NCBI GenBank assembly: GCA_032718475.1
Contig: JAUCBJ010003487.1
Span: forward strand, 1-43,031
Length of the DNA: 43,031 bases
Direction: 5' to 3'
Source: Nemertoderma westbladi
Taxonomy: Eukaryota; Animalia; Xenacoelomorpha
The notes beneath the pieces are model-generated. The model made no database searches. It was given only the letters and a program-made list of their open reading frames with translations, and had not been told where the DNA came from. The position numbers and the translations under genes were made by a program. The stretch's first letter is position 1, and each line of letters starts with the position of its first letter. Positions 1 through 10,379 of the stretch are shown one piece after another.

Positions 1-76
1 TCGCGTTCCTTCTGTTCGCGTTCGAGCTGGAGTTCGCGTTCCTTCTGTTCGCGTTCGAGCTGGAGTTCGCGTTCCT
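1..76. repeat. 33-bp coding tandem repeat (ERELQLEREQK)
   Basis: tcgcgttccttctgttcgcgttcgagctggagt repeated about 2.3 times. Confidence 0.9.
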
Positions 77-1250
77 TGCGTTCGCGTTCCGCTTGCTCGC
101 GCTTACCTTTCTCTTCCAACTCTCGCAACTTTGCGTCTAACTTACGTGTTCGCTCCCGTTCCCGCTCGGCTTCCTTCCGTGCTTCCGATGCACGCAAAAC
201 TTCCGCCTGCTGTTCGTCCAGTCGGCGTCTTCTCTCCTCCGCCGAGTTGTGCGAAACAAGGGATCTAGCACATATTACCTTACCTCGCGCGTGACTAACC
301 TGGGAATCGCCGCTGTCTCTAGATGCATCATCGGGTGGAGTCAACGTCCTCTGTTGGATGTTCTCCGTCGTCGGTAGCACCTGACCTGGTACCACCACTC
401 CATTCTGCATCAGCCAGCTAGTAACTTCCCTTTGATACCTGCGCTCCTCCTTGTCTTGGATCTCTTCTCGCTCCACTAACTCTCTCAGCTCTGCGTCACT
501 CACTTGAGTCGCCTGCGCTTGTGATGTCCATAGCAGCCAGTTCTCCGTCCTAACTCGTCGGAATCGCTCCGATAACTCGCGGTGCTCTAACAAGGCTGCT
601 AAAACCCTGTCGTAAATCCTCGTTGCTACGTCGCTCGACTGAGACTCTACTGCCTTCTTCGCTAGGACTGCAAGCTCCTCCGTCTGCTTGAATAATGCTG
701 AGTTATATCCTCTTCTAATCTCTACTAACTCTACCCTCCCGATGTTGGCTGAGTCAGCTAACATCTTCCTTACCTTGTCCGCCGTCCGGGTTATATGTCC
801 GGCATGCGCGCGAAGTTTCTTCTTCATCGCAGTGTCGAACTCTCTATCACTTACCTGACTTACGCTCGGTGGACTTGAAGGATTATTTCGGGAACTACGG
901 GTACTCCTTACAGCCGTCGGGACCACGGCACTTACCATACCCACAGGTCTGGAAACCGGGCTCCGGGCTCTCGCTTCTGCTACACTACCCTCCCTATCAC
1001 TCACCTCTGTCCGGGCTGCCGTACAGTCCTTCCTTACAGTAGCGGTAGGGGATCCTAATACTATTACCTGAGGTTGTTGTTCTTCCTCACTAGTCACTGT
1101 CTCGTCCTCCTGTTCACTTACGTCAGCGTCGCTCGCTGCGTCGTCATAGTCGGCATTGTCGTCAACAGTAATATTTACGCTATCGTCAGTCGGCGGTCCA
1201 GCCGCCGTCTCGTAGCTGTCCTCTAGTGCCTCTTTGTCTGAGACACTCAT
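1..1250 (-). CDS. Gag-like polyprotein N-terminus, about 416 codons, truncated by the window edge (not in the supplied ORF track because it has no stop)
   Basis: ATG at 1250-1248. My translation reads MSVSDKEALEDSYETAAGPP...KKKLRAHAGHITRTADKVRKML...ERELQLEREQKERELQLEREQKERE with no stop. An acidic N-terminus and E/R-rich coiled coil are typical of retrotransposon gag N-termini. Confidence 0.7.
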   Translation of the reverse strand, partial: MSVSDKEALEDSYETAAGPPTDDSVNITVDDNADYDDAASDADVSEQEDETVTSEEEQQPQVIVLGSPTATVRKDCTAARTEVSDREGSVAEARARSPVSRPVGMVSAVVPTAVRSTRSSRNNPSSPPSVSQVSDREFDTAMKKKLRAHAGHITRTADKVRKMLADSANIGRVELVEIRRGYNSALFKQTEELAVLAKKAVESQSSDVATRIYDRVLAALLEHRELSERFRRVRTENWLLWTSQAQATQVSDAELRELVEREEIQDKEERRYQREVTSWLMQNGVVVPGQVLPTTENIQQRTLTPPDDASRDSGDSQVSHARGKVICARSLVSHNSAEERRRRLDEQQAEVLRASEARKEAERERERTRKLDAKLRELEEKGKREQAERERKERELQLEREQKERELQLEREQKER

Positions 1251-3588
1251 AGTCTAATAATGTTTTGCCTTCCGGCAAAAATATCTCGCAAAAGTTCGAG
1301 ATATAATTATAATTTAACCGAAATACGGTCAAATTATTTGTCAAATAATCAGTTGGTCCAAATGTCAGAATAAATTCGCAATGCAATATTGTGAATTTAA
1401 TGGGGTATATAGTTATAGCAAATACTAGCACAATATTTAAACAAAAATATTATTATATAGCTACTATATAGCATTAAATACCGGTATAGCACAAAATAAC
1501 TTTGAATCTAATACAAAATATTCAAAATATACTTGCCGCCCGAATATTTCTAATTTTATATATATATAGCTCTAATCAACGTAATTTTAATTTCAAATAT
1601 TATTATGTATCCACTAGCGCGTGGCTACATCTTCGGGTTGCGACTCTCTCTAACTCTCTCTCTAACTTGAGCGATTCAAAACCATGGCCGGCTAAACCTA
1701 AATATCCTAACTAATAAATTGAGTTCAGCTTCGCAGTTAAACAACCGATAATTTTTTACTGCTTCCACAAACACACTGGTGCCAACAGAACAACTAACCT
1801 TGTTTGCTGTGAGATTCCACGTCCGCGTCCAAAGATTCAGGCCCTTCGCTGATTGCAAACCGAACCCGCAGACCCACACGAACCCCAAACTCAGAAGTTC
1901 CGTCTTGCCATGTATCTCCAGATGGTATAAAATAACTAAGCGGTTACCTAACATACCGGTACAAAACTCTAGAATTTTACAAAATAATTTTGACCGAAAA
2001 CTGAATTCTCGCAAACCTAGCTAATAATTTCAAAAAACTTACTAATTACTGTTTGCCCTAAGGCCTAAGGAACTGCTGTATTCGCAATTAGTAAAAACGC
2101 ACTACCGTACATCCACTGTATGCAGTACAGTAAGTAAAACAGTACACCAACCTAACAGCCTAATGATACTGTGTATGGTACGGCAAAACAAATGTCCCTT
2201 CTACCGTACGCAGTAACAGCAATCAGCCTAATGTACTACTGTACTATCGTACGCAACCAGTGAATACAGTAATCTAAACTAACAACCTAATAGAATAAAC
2301 TCAATGTCTTACTGTACGCTAGCCTATAGCCTACAGCAGACGATCACGTGCTCCAACTTATTACTTAATACTGTGATACTACTATCAGCCTAAGAATACA
2401 CTATTGACTGCCGCAAGCAACAGCCAATATTGCGCGTATTACTGATAAACAACCGCGACCTCTATACTAACAGCAGAACTGTTGAACAGACAAATACTGG
2501 TATACTTCTCTGCCAACCTAATAAGTTCCCGCCTAACCAATAAGACACGAAGACTGCTCTACTGTTAAGTAAAGGGGATCAGGAGCGTGCTATTACTAAA
2601 TTGTAAGGGTTGCTAAATACAAAACCGCTACTTACCGTTAGATGGCGCTAATCTGCCGTCCACTAATATATTTTACTAATTTTACACAACTCCTGCAAAA
2701 TCGCTTGTTCCTTTCTCTACCGATCGCTCGATAGAGAGCTAACTGTTCGAATCTATGAGCCACGCGGGAATAACCAAAACAATAAACCCGAGTCGGCTCC
2801 CTAAGCTTACTTAAGACGAGTGCGAGAGGCCTTGCACTCAGAGTATTCTTACGCCTAATTCTATCACTTATTAAAGCACGCTATTACCTACGTCTTTCTA
2901 ATCGCGAATACTGGAGGTTCCCTAACGTAATGTGTGAATGCGAGAATATTTAAAATATCAAAACGGTACAGTATCTGTTTCTACGTGGATAATACCACCC
3001 TGGGTCTAAAACTGCCCGCGACTGGCTTTAGGCCAGCAAAATTACTAGCGTATCGTGCGTACCGAATAGTGCGTTCTAGCTGATTGCCCGCTAATGCAAA
3101 TAACCGCTCAGCGTGAATAGTTTACAGTACACTAATTATTACCTTAGCTACTCTCCGCTATGCTGCGTACTAATTCTTAATTTTTTACTAATTAATTACA
3201 GTCACGAATATTTAACAGCGTACTAATTACTAAGAGTTCCAGAATACGTAATTCTAATTTATCACGCAACAGGTTTCGATAGTAATAGCCTAAATTGCCG
3301 TATTACTTTGACCTAATCAATAACTAATTATTGTAACTAAGAAATAGAAATCAATCAAAGGAAAAGAGCGCCTATCTAAGCATTCGTAATCTTAGGCACA
3401 CTTCAATAACACACCAATCAGCGTTAGAAATCACAGTTTACAATTGTGCAATTCACTACTCGTACTCCACACTCAACGTTGTAATACGCGCAGGCCTCTC
3501 CCAGGTACATCTAGGACTCCTAACTAACCCAATTCCTGCCCCCCTAATACTAAATAGAGACAAAATCTGGATCATCAGCCCCCTAATT

Positions 3589-4596
3589 TGCTGTACCGGC
3601 GATCGGTCTGCGTGCCGCAGTGCAAGTTACCCGCCCGCAACGGTGACCCTGGCCAGCGTTGCTCGCTTTGAATCCTCCGCTCTCTCCTAGTCGCTCAACC
3701 CCCCGATGCGCCCACCGCCCACTGGCACCTTAGCTCTCCATGATGCTAATAGCTACCGTAGCGGCGCATGCAAATCACAAAGTCTGACAGTCTCAGAATC
3801 CCTTAGGATTATTGCGCAGAAAGAATCACATAGAACCATTAATCAAAGGTAGAAATCATAGTTCAATTGTAATTAGCAGCAATCAAAGGAATTATTGAGA
3901 AACACAAGCAAGTAATCGCACTAGCAAATCATTTCACGAAAATTAATCAAATTAGCAAATTGCAGAAAATATCAAGAAAAAACAGCAAGACAGGTGCTAG
4001 GGCTAGGTGTCATGTGATGAGTAGAATTGTTGTTGCTCTACCGGCACACCGCCAATTTATAGGTGATCCGGATGGGGTGATGCAATAGGGTGACTCAATC
4101 GCTTTCCTATTGGCTCTCCAGTCCGTGCTAGCACTAGACCAACCTGGAAGCAGCTAGTCCAATAAGGAGGCCGGATTGTAGCCCTATTTGCTTCCCTTCC
4201 TCGAATTATTACCATATATGGTAATGGTTCACGTCTCTGGCTGCTGAATGGCCAGGACAGCGTCCCTATATGCTAGCCCTACTAAAGCTAATATCAGCAA
4301 GCACTGAATCCAGGGTCCGAATAAACTTACCCTGGAACTATCTACATATAACCTAATACAAAATTACGTAGGTAGGGCTACATACTATACAAAATGGATG
4401 GTTTCAAATATATGGGCGTTTTGATTTCCCTACCTAAATACCACTGCGTTATTATGCCTTATCTAAAATATCATGCTGCACAACGGACTAATATTACGTA
4501 CAGTATAACGGACTAATATTGCATACTGCATAACGGACTAATATTGCATACTGCATGATGACTAATATTATGGATACAGCGCCATATACCGTAACA
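3589..4596 (-). repeat. Putative 5' LTR of the left-hand element
   Basis: TG...CA termini and TATAAA on the minus strand at 4061-4056. Followed by AATTAGGGGGCTGATGATCCAGAT, which resembles a degenerate tRNA-Pro PBS (TGGGGGCTCGTCCGGGAT). No second LTR is in the window, so the inner boundary is uncertain. Confidence 0.5.
4481..4570. repeat. 25-bp tandem repeat within the LTR U3
   Basis: taacggactaatattgcatactgca, about 3.5 imperfect copies. Confidence 0.85.
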
Positions 4597-5088
4597 CCTT
4601 TATATATGATAAAATACATTGACGGGCGGCAAATTAATGAGCAGTATTGTGTGTTACCGGTAGTGTGCATGATTGTGACCGATAACTAAGCATTTCCTAA
4701 AGAATGCGCCTCATACGTGAATCTTAAGCCTTACCGACTTGCCGTTGTGATTAGTATAAGTCATATCTCTGTTTACTTAGATAGAGCGCCACATCCTAAA
4801 GGAACTGTTAATATTTCCCGAAAGTAAATAATATTAGTCAGAAATTAATTATTAACGATCAATCGAATAATACAATACCGTAAGCTTCACTGCAATAATA
4901 ATCTAAGCCGACAGAATCCAGCCTCCCGGGATTATCCAGCGGGTGAATGGACGCGCACTAGGCTGGCTTCTGCTAATGTTGTGTTTATTGGTATTAAATA
5001 TTTGTCATCTTCTAAAGTATATTTATAAATCAAAAGACATATAAATTTTGGCAGGTTAAACTGCTAAAGGTCTTCAAAAGCGCGTACA
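4597..5088 (+). mobile_element. 3' (U5) fragment of a diverged BEL-family LTR, probably a solo LTR interrupted by the left-hand element
   Basis: Colinear with about 9642-10099 (e.g. tcctaaaggaactgttaatatttcccgaaagt; tttggcaggttaaactgctaaaggtct) and ends gcgcgtaCA. Confidence 0.9.
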
Positions 5089-5376
5089 CAGTCTTTCTCA
5101 GCAGTACTTTGTGGCTCGTCCCACATAATAAAAACTGAAACTTTGCTATGACAACACACCCGGTTCTTTTAAATTTGCGTGATTTGATTTATGCTCGCAC
5201 CACTATTTGTAAGAAATATTAAAACTTATCTTACAGTATGCCAATGTAGTAATGGTATTAAAATATAATTAAATTAATTTACACTATTAATGCTTCAGCT
5301 AAAAAATCGTTTCAGCTAAAAAATCGTATGTAATAAAAAAAATAAGAATATTTTTAATATGTGTATATGTAATATA

Positions 5377-6035
5377 GGTATTACTGCTAAGTTAGGCAGT
5401 AGGCCAGAGCGGGCTCCTTAAATACATGCAACTACTTTATTATAGTGTAGGTCAACTATAAAATATTTTGCAATCCACAGTGAGTATCGACTGCAATAGG
5501 ACACAACACACTGCTTTGTGTAACTAAAATTCATTCTCCTGATCCACCCACTAACATAGCAGAGTGAGTAACCTTATTGTAGATATACCCTTAGGAAGCA
5601 CTGGGAGAGCAATCAGCTTATGGGGTAATACATTAGAAACCAACAGCTTATGTGTGAGTAAACATTGCCTTTCCTTATAGCCTACTAGTAAAACTTGGCA
5701 ACCAACACGTTTTTCTATGACTGTGTATAACATATTAAGCCATATTTCATCATGAACACCAGCTGTTATTTTACCATTGCTTTTAATTTCGCGACAAAAC
5801 AATGTCAAAAAACTAAATATATCGAATACCACACATATAATCGATCTGAAATTTTGTAACGCGATTATGAACCTCAAAAGCAATGTACTTGCAAAATTTC
5901 ATCAAAATCGCCAGGCAGGAAGTGCCTTAACCTAGATAATTATCAGTCAGTATGTCAGTCAGTATGTCAGTCAATGTAATGTATCCTGAAGATTCTTACA
6001 GTAAGTATCCCGCTGTCAAGCGGGCTCCTAATTAT
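5377..6035. repeat. Probable non-autonomous interspersed repeat (Helitron/HINE-like)
   Basis: agcgggctcct near both ends, an aaatttcatcaaaatcg motif and a (tcagtcagtatg)n microsatellite near the 3' end. Family not verifiable. Confidence 0.3.
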
Positions 6036-6220
6036 TTACTATTTATACTGTAATTACGTTTTATATTAAATTGTTCTGTACATTACATCTTTATCATTGA
6101 GTCGGACATTGTCACGCTCTGGGTAAAGTTGTACATGTACATAGTGTAATTACGTTTATATTGGTTTTAGGTTAGCGCAGTGTAAGTAATATTGTACTTG
6201 TAACCAAGTAACATATAAAA

Positions 6221-6268
6221 GACCCCCTTGGAAATAAGTGGGTAATCCTATATGTTATGTTGGACAAT
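6221..6268 (+). repeat. Dispersed LINE/SINE 3'-tail-like repeat, copy 1
   Basis: gacccccttggaaataag...gggtaatcctatatgttatgttgg, also present at 42640-42719. Confidence 0.6.
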
Positions 6269-6575
6269 ACCTTTATACCGGTACATGGTTTGGTGTATTT
6301 GTTATTGTTTTTACATAATGTATAAATAAATCTATCTGTAAAGTGATTTTTAGTGATTTTAAGTTACTTTTATTTACATACTTACTTGTTATCATTATTA
6401 ATTAAGTGCTAAGTATTATATATAAAATACTTAATTTCATTTTGCATATTTTATTATTCTATATTTTGTCTGTACTGGTAAAAAATGGTTAATAAAAATA
6501 GCGTTAACAGAATGTACAGTATCACGGTAGAGATAGTCCAGCTAGTAGAATATCGAAATAGTTGTCGGATCCTCA

Positions 6576-7928
6576 TTATAATATCTGGTATTCATTTTTC
6601 CCGAATATTTTATAAAACGAGTTATGGAAATTGTTGTTCTCTTCAGACAGTTGTTGGCTATCACTAAAGGGTAGCCACCCAGTTTTTTTATTTTTTTGTT
6701 TTTCGATTGAAGGAATTTCGTTTAACTCCACTGCACATTCATGAAGCCTCGCTCGTGTATCAACCACATTAAAACGAAAATCTTTGTGCAGACTGCTAAA
6801 ATATAGGATTATGTCATGCGAATTCAACATATTTTTTATTTCTTCTTGGTGCAGAGAGAAGATGCAATACATCATTGCAATTAAGATTTCGTCTCCATAC
6901 AATAGGTATTCATCCCAAAACATACTAACCAAGGGATATGGAAGCTCATTAATATATATTTTCCGTGTCCAGGAATAAATAAAATTACAGAATATGTAAT
7001 CCATACAGCCATTGCTTACTAAATGATGGTATAGATCTGGCAGTTTATTCTTTAGAACCCACCGAGTTAAGTCATTCACATTCGCTACATGATCATCATG
7101 ACATACCATTATATTCCATATATAATCATAGTACGATCCCGTTGTTTCCTCCGTTGAAATTCCAGTGTAAAATCTACGCATATTATGATTCTGACCTGCC
7201 ATTAGCGAATTAAGGAACCAAAATGCTTCCTCCTCAGAATTTTCTCCCTCATCTTCGAGGTGGAAATAGAACCATTCGACAAGCTGGTGCATTCCTTTAG
7301 ATGCTTTATCATATGTGGCATAAGCAGATAGAACTTGAAAAACAAAACGAAGTGCCTTCAATTTCGCGTCTTCATCTATAGTGCCGCAACTTCTTGGGAA
7401 TAAATGGATCAATAAGTGTGAAGTACACCGCTGATAAGGTGATCTTGTCATATCTGCATCAATCTGTTTTAATGTTTGCAAATGCAAATTATTGTCCTGC
7501 GTTCGGGCAATTTTCTTGAATTTCTTATATTGACCGATGTTCTGTTCCTTGCGTTGATTCGCCCCCAAGAGATCCAACCATCTATTCGTAATACTTTGTC
7601 TGCGTGATTTGGAGTCGGGGCTATGCCATATACCGATACCATTTAACCTAATCTTTTCATAATCATTACTACGATCGTATCTCTGAAATATTTCATCCCT
7701 TTCCCTCTTCTGTATTATTTTCTTAATATCTTCGCTGTTTTCGTATTCAAAATCTGTTTTTTTTTCGTATTCAAAATCTGTTTTGTTTTCGTATTCAAAA
7801 TCTGTTTTGTTTTCGTATTCAAAATCTGTTTTGTTTTCGAAAAAACCCTGTTTTCGAATAAAGGTTTCATATGCCCGTTGCGATCCAAATCTCTCACGAA
7901 GTATAGTTTTTCGGATTGAATACGACAT
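6576..7928 (-). CDS. Intronless, divergent TBC-domain (Rab-GAP-like) protein related to USP6NL/RN-tre
   Basis: 450 aa ORF. ERDEIFQRYDR resembles the USP6NL N-terminal ERAEIVAKYDR. Contains the IxxDxxR motif (QIDADMTR), VLSAYATY, EEEAFWFL, LPDLYHHL and FWDEYLLYG, matching TBC helices. Confidence 0.8.
   Translation of the reverse strand: MSYSIRKTILRERFGSQRAYETFIRKQGFFENKTDFEYENKTDFEYENKTDFEYEKKTDFEYENSEDIKKIIQKRERDEIFQRYDRSNDYEKIRLNGIGIWHSPDSKSRRQSITNRWLDLLGANQRKEQNIGQYKKFKKIARTQDNNLHLQTLKQIDADMTRSPYQRCTSHLLIHLFPRSCGTIDEDAKLKALRFVFQVLSAYATYDKASKGMHQLVEWFYFHLEDEGENSEEEAFWFLNSLMAGQNHNMRRFYTGISTEETTGSYYDYIWNIMVCHDDHVANVNDLTRWVLKNKLPDLYHHLVSNGCMDYIFCNFIYSWTRKIYINELPYPLVSMFWDEYLLYGDEILIAMMYCIFSLHQEEIKNMLNSHDIILYFSSLHKDFRFNVVDTRARLHECAVELNEIPSIEKQKNKKTGWLPFSDSQQLSEENNNFHNSFYKIFGKNEYQIL
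7737..7839. repeat. 24-bp coding tandem repeat (ENKTDFEY)
   Basis: gttttcgtattcaaaatctgtttt repeated in frame within the TBC ORF. Confidence 0.9.
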
Positions 7929-8208
7929 CTTTACTGTTTTTTCTGTATGGCTATGACTGGATCTTGTAAATCATGTTTTCTTGGCCACGAATGAAAAATG
8001 TACCGTTTTATTGGGAAAAATTGGCGTAAATACCAGGTGGATAACATGTAAAAATCAACTATAACCCCCATTGAATAATTCTTCTATATTTTTTGTTAAA
8101 ATAATACGCCACTGCTCCTTGGCTGGCACCATTAATGCAAAATACAATTCCTTTACTTGATATAGATCATATTTTCTGGTGGTTTTTGAAACATCGTGCT
8201 ATTAATGA

Positions 8209-8503
8209 TAGCTGGTGTTAGAGCGATGGTTACCCAACCGGATGGTCGTGAGATCGACCCCGAAAAAGGAACATCCCACTGTTAGCTGGTGTTAGAGCGA
8301 TGGTTACCCAACCGGATGGTCGTGAGATCGACCCCCAAAAAGGAACATCCCACTGTTAGCTGGTGTTAGAGCGATGGTTTCCCAACCGGATGGTCGTGAG
8401 ATCGACCCCGAAAAAGGAACATCCCACTGATAGCTGGTGTTAGAGCCATGGTTTCGAACCGGATGGTCGTGAGATCAACCCTCAAAAAGGAACATCCCAC
8501 TGT
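8209..8503 (+). repeat. Four tandem 74-bp tRNA-derived units (multimerised SINE head)
   Basis: Units start at 8209, 8283, 8357 and 8431. Each has an A-box-like TAGCTGGTGTTAGAGC and a B-box-like GGTCGTGAGATCGACCC. A single tail follows, ending in an A-run near 8570-8583. Confidence 0.75.
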
Positions 8504-8849
8504 TCCATAAGTACCACTGTACCATACTGGCTTGGAAGACAACACTTTACCAAAGGGCGATTACGTAGAGAAAAAAAAGAAAGTGTAAGATACTGTACCT
8601 TTTTTGTGGACTATATTGATTTGTAATATTTTTAAAAGAAATTCATTTTTGACGCCCCTTAGCGGCCAGAGCCAAAATTTTCCAAAAAGTAATGTTTTTT
8701 CCGTAAAATGGTATAACAGATGAACAATCGCAAAATAAAAAAAAACTGCTCGAATTTTATTATAAACCACAAAACCATGCTAGCCCTTCTTGCCTTGCAG
8801 GTAACAGACCCCGAGAGAGGATACTTCGGGTTGCCTCCGGTGGTGAGTA

Positions 8850-10099
8850 TGTAAAAGCTTTTGCGGGATATAACTGGCCCTTTTCTCCGCAATGTACTGT
8901 GTAAGGTGTTTTTAGAGGACATAACTAGCGATTTATCCGCTGTGTCTGCATGTGTGCTTTAGCGGACATAAAAAGCCAGTTTTCCCACAATGCGCTCAAA
9001 TACTCTAAACTACCTAACTCAAATGACGCAATCTACCAACCGATTTGCTGTACGCCTATAGGCTCTTTGTTCTGTTCGATCAACCAATCAGAACAATGAT
9101 CCACCAATCAGAGCGATTTCGCCTTGTGTTGAATATGGGCTGCAAAAACCCGAATAGTTCGGCATTTAGACATTCGTGGAACCTACAGAATCTGGAACTC
9201 GGCCAATGAGAGCTGTTTCTCTTTGTGTTGAAAGATACCTACAACAGCCCAGAGGGATCAGTTGTGTTGGTTTTTTCCGAGCCTAGAAGACCGGCTTTGG
9301 AATCTCTGTGTTTTCAGGCTTTAGCCCAACATTAGTAGGCTTAATTATAGAACGTATATCTGTTATCTTACTTACTTAACAAATCAATCATAACATAACA
9401 TATCATAACCATTCATACCTTAACATTTGTACTGCTATTTACTGTCGGTTATTCATTATATCAGTTGATGGAATATTATTATATTGGATAATATCGATAA
9501 ATTAATCATAAAACCCTCAATCTTCTTGATATACTGAAGGTAAGAGAGACCGGTTACATATAACGATTGCAACTTACATTAAAGTGGTTTTGAAGTGAAT
9601 CTAATGCTATTTCATAGGCACTACATGTATCGGTCGTTGTTCTCTTTATATGTGACTAAATTAGTGAAGGTCGGCAGATCGGTGTGCAGCATTGTGCAGT
9701 AGTGTGTATGATTGTGACTGATAACAAAGCATCTCCTAAAGAATGCGCTATATACGTGAATCCATAGCCATCCCGTTGTGTCTAGTTTAAGTCATAACTC
9801 TGTTTACATATTTAGAGCGCCACGTCCTAAAGGAACTGTTAATATTTCCCGAAAGTGAATAATATTTGTCAGAGATTATATATTACGATCAGTCGAATAA
9901 TACAGTAGGCCTACACCGCAATAAGGTTAGGCTTCCAAATCCAGTCTCCCGGGTATATCCAGCGGGTGAATGATCGCGCATAGACTGGCTTCGGCTAATG
10001 TAGTGTATCAAATACTCGTCATAGGCTAAAGTCGATTTATTATCTAGAAGACATCCAAATTTGGCAGGTTAAACTGCTAAAGGTCTGAAAGCGCGAACA
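8850..10099 (+). repeat. 5' LTR (1250 bp)
   Basis: Matches 20220-21987 apart from an insertion and about 5 substitutions that I could see. Confidence 0.95.
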
Positions 10100-10110
10100 A
10101 TAACAGATAT
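10100..10110 (+). promoter_or_regulatory. Non-tRNA primer-binding site, complementary to LTR 9356-9366
   Basis: ATAACAGATAT directly abuts the LTR and has no TGG. Its reverse complement ATATCTGTTAT lies at 9356-9366. Copy 2 shows a compensatory change. Confidence 0.7.
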
Positions 10111-10379
10111 TGCTTCTGTATTGCAGTAGGCAATAAAGCTGAAGTACCGGTCAACCGGTACCTAGTAGGCCTGACTACCTAACCACCCGGACCGGTACCT
10201 ACAGCAGTACAGGTACAGCAGTATTATTCGAATTTGATAATTATATACCGGTAGGCCTTAATAATTAATCAGGGACGGCCGCCCTGGTTTTTTATTGAGA
10301 TTTTACTTGTTTCTGTCAGGTTTTATTTATTTGTAGGTTAATATTGAGCAGAAGACGTGTAAGCCTGCTCAGATTGTAC

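Larger units (their letters stand above)
1..4596 (-). mobile_element. 5' portion of an LTR retrotransposon (Gypsy-like or BEL-like; class not resolved)
   Basis: Minus strand starts TGTTACGG at 4596, exactly where homology to a different LTR begins (4597). Followed by a ~1 kb LTR-like segment, a PBS-like motif, a ~2.3 kb leader and a gag-like ORF open to the window edge. Confidence 0.7.

Noticed and set aside
1502-2024. Short ORFs in leaders and intergenic DNA (also 5551-5883, 41667-42011, 42485-42961)
   Set aside because: No recognisable motifs, often non-ATG starts, AT-rich; consistent with random ORFs.
3566-3588. Self-priming in the left-hand element
   Set aside because: No complement of its PBS-like sequence was found in the putative LTR; it looks more like a degenerate tRNA-Pro PBS.
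4912-4975. HDV-like ribozyme (ccagcctcc...ggtgaatggac resembles HDV wording)
   Set aside because: I could not build the nested double pseudoknot; covariation supports a simple enclosing stem instead.
8209-8503. CRISPR array or functional tRNA gene cluster
   Set aside because: No unique spacers, eukaryotic context, and the units lack a closing acceptor stem.
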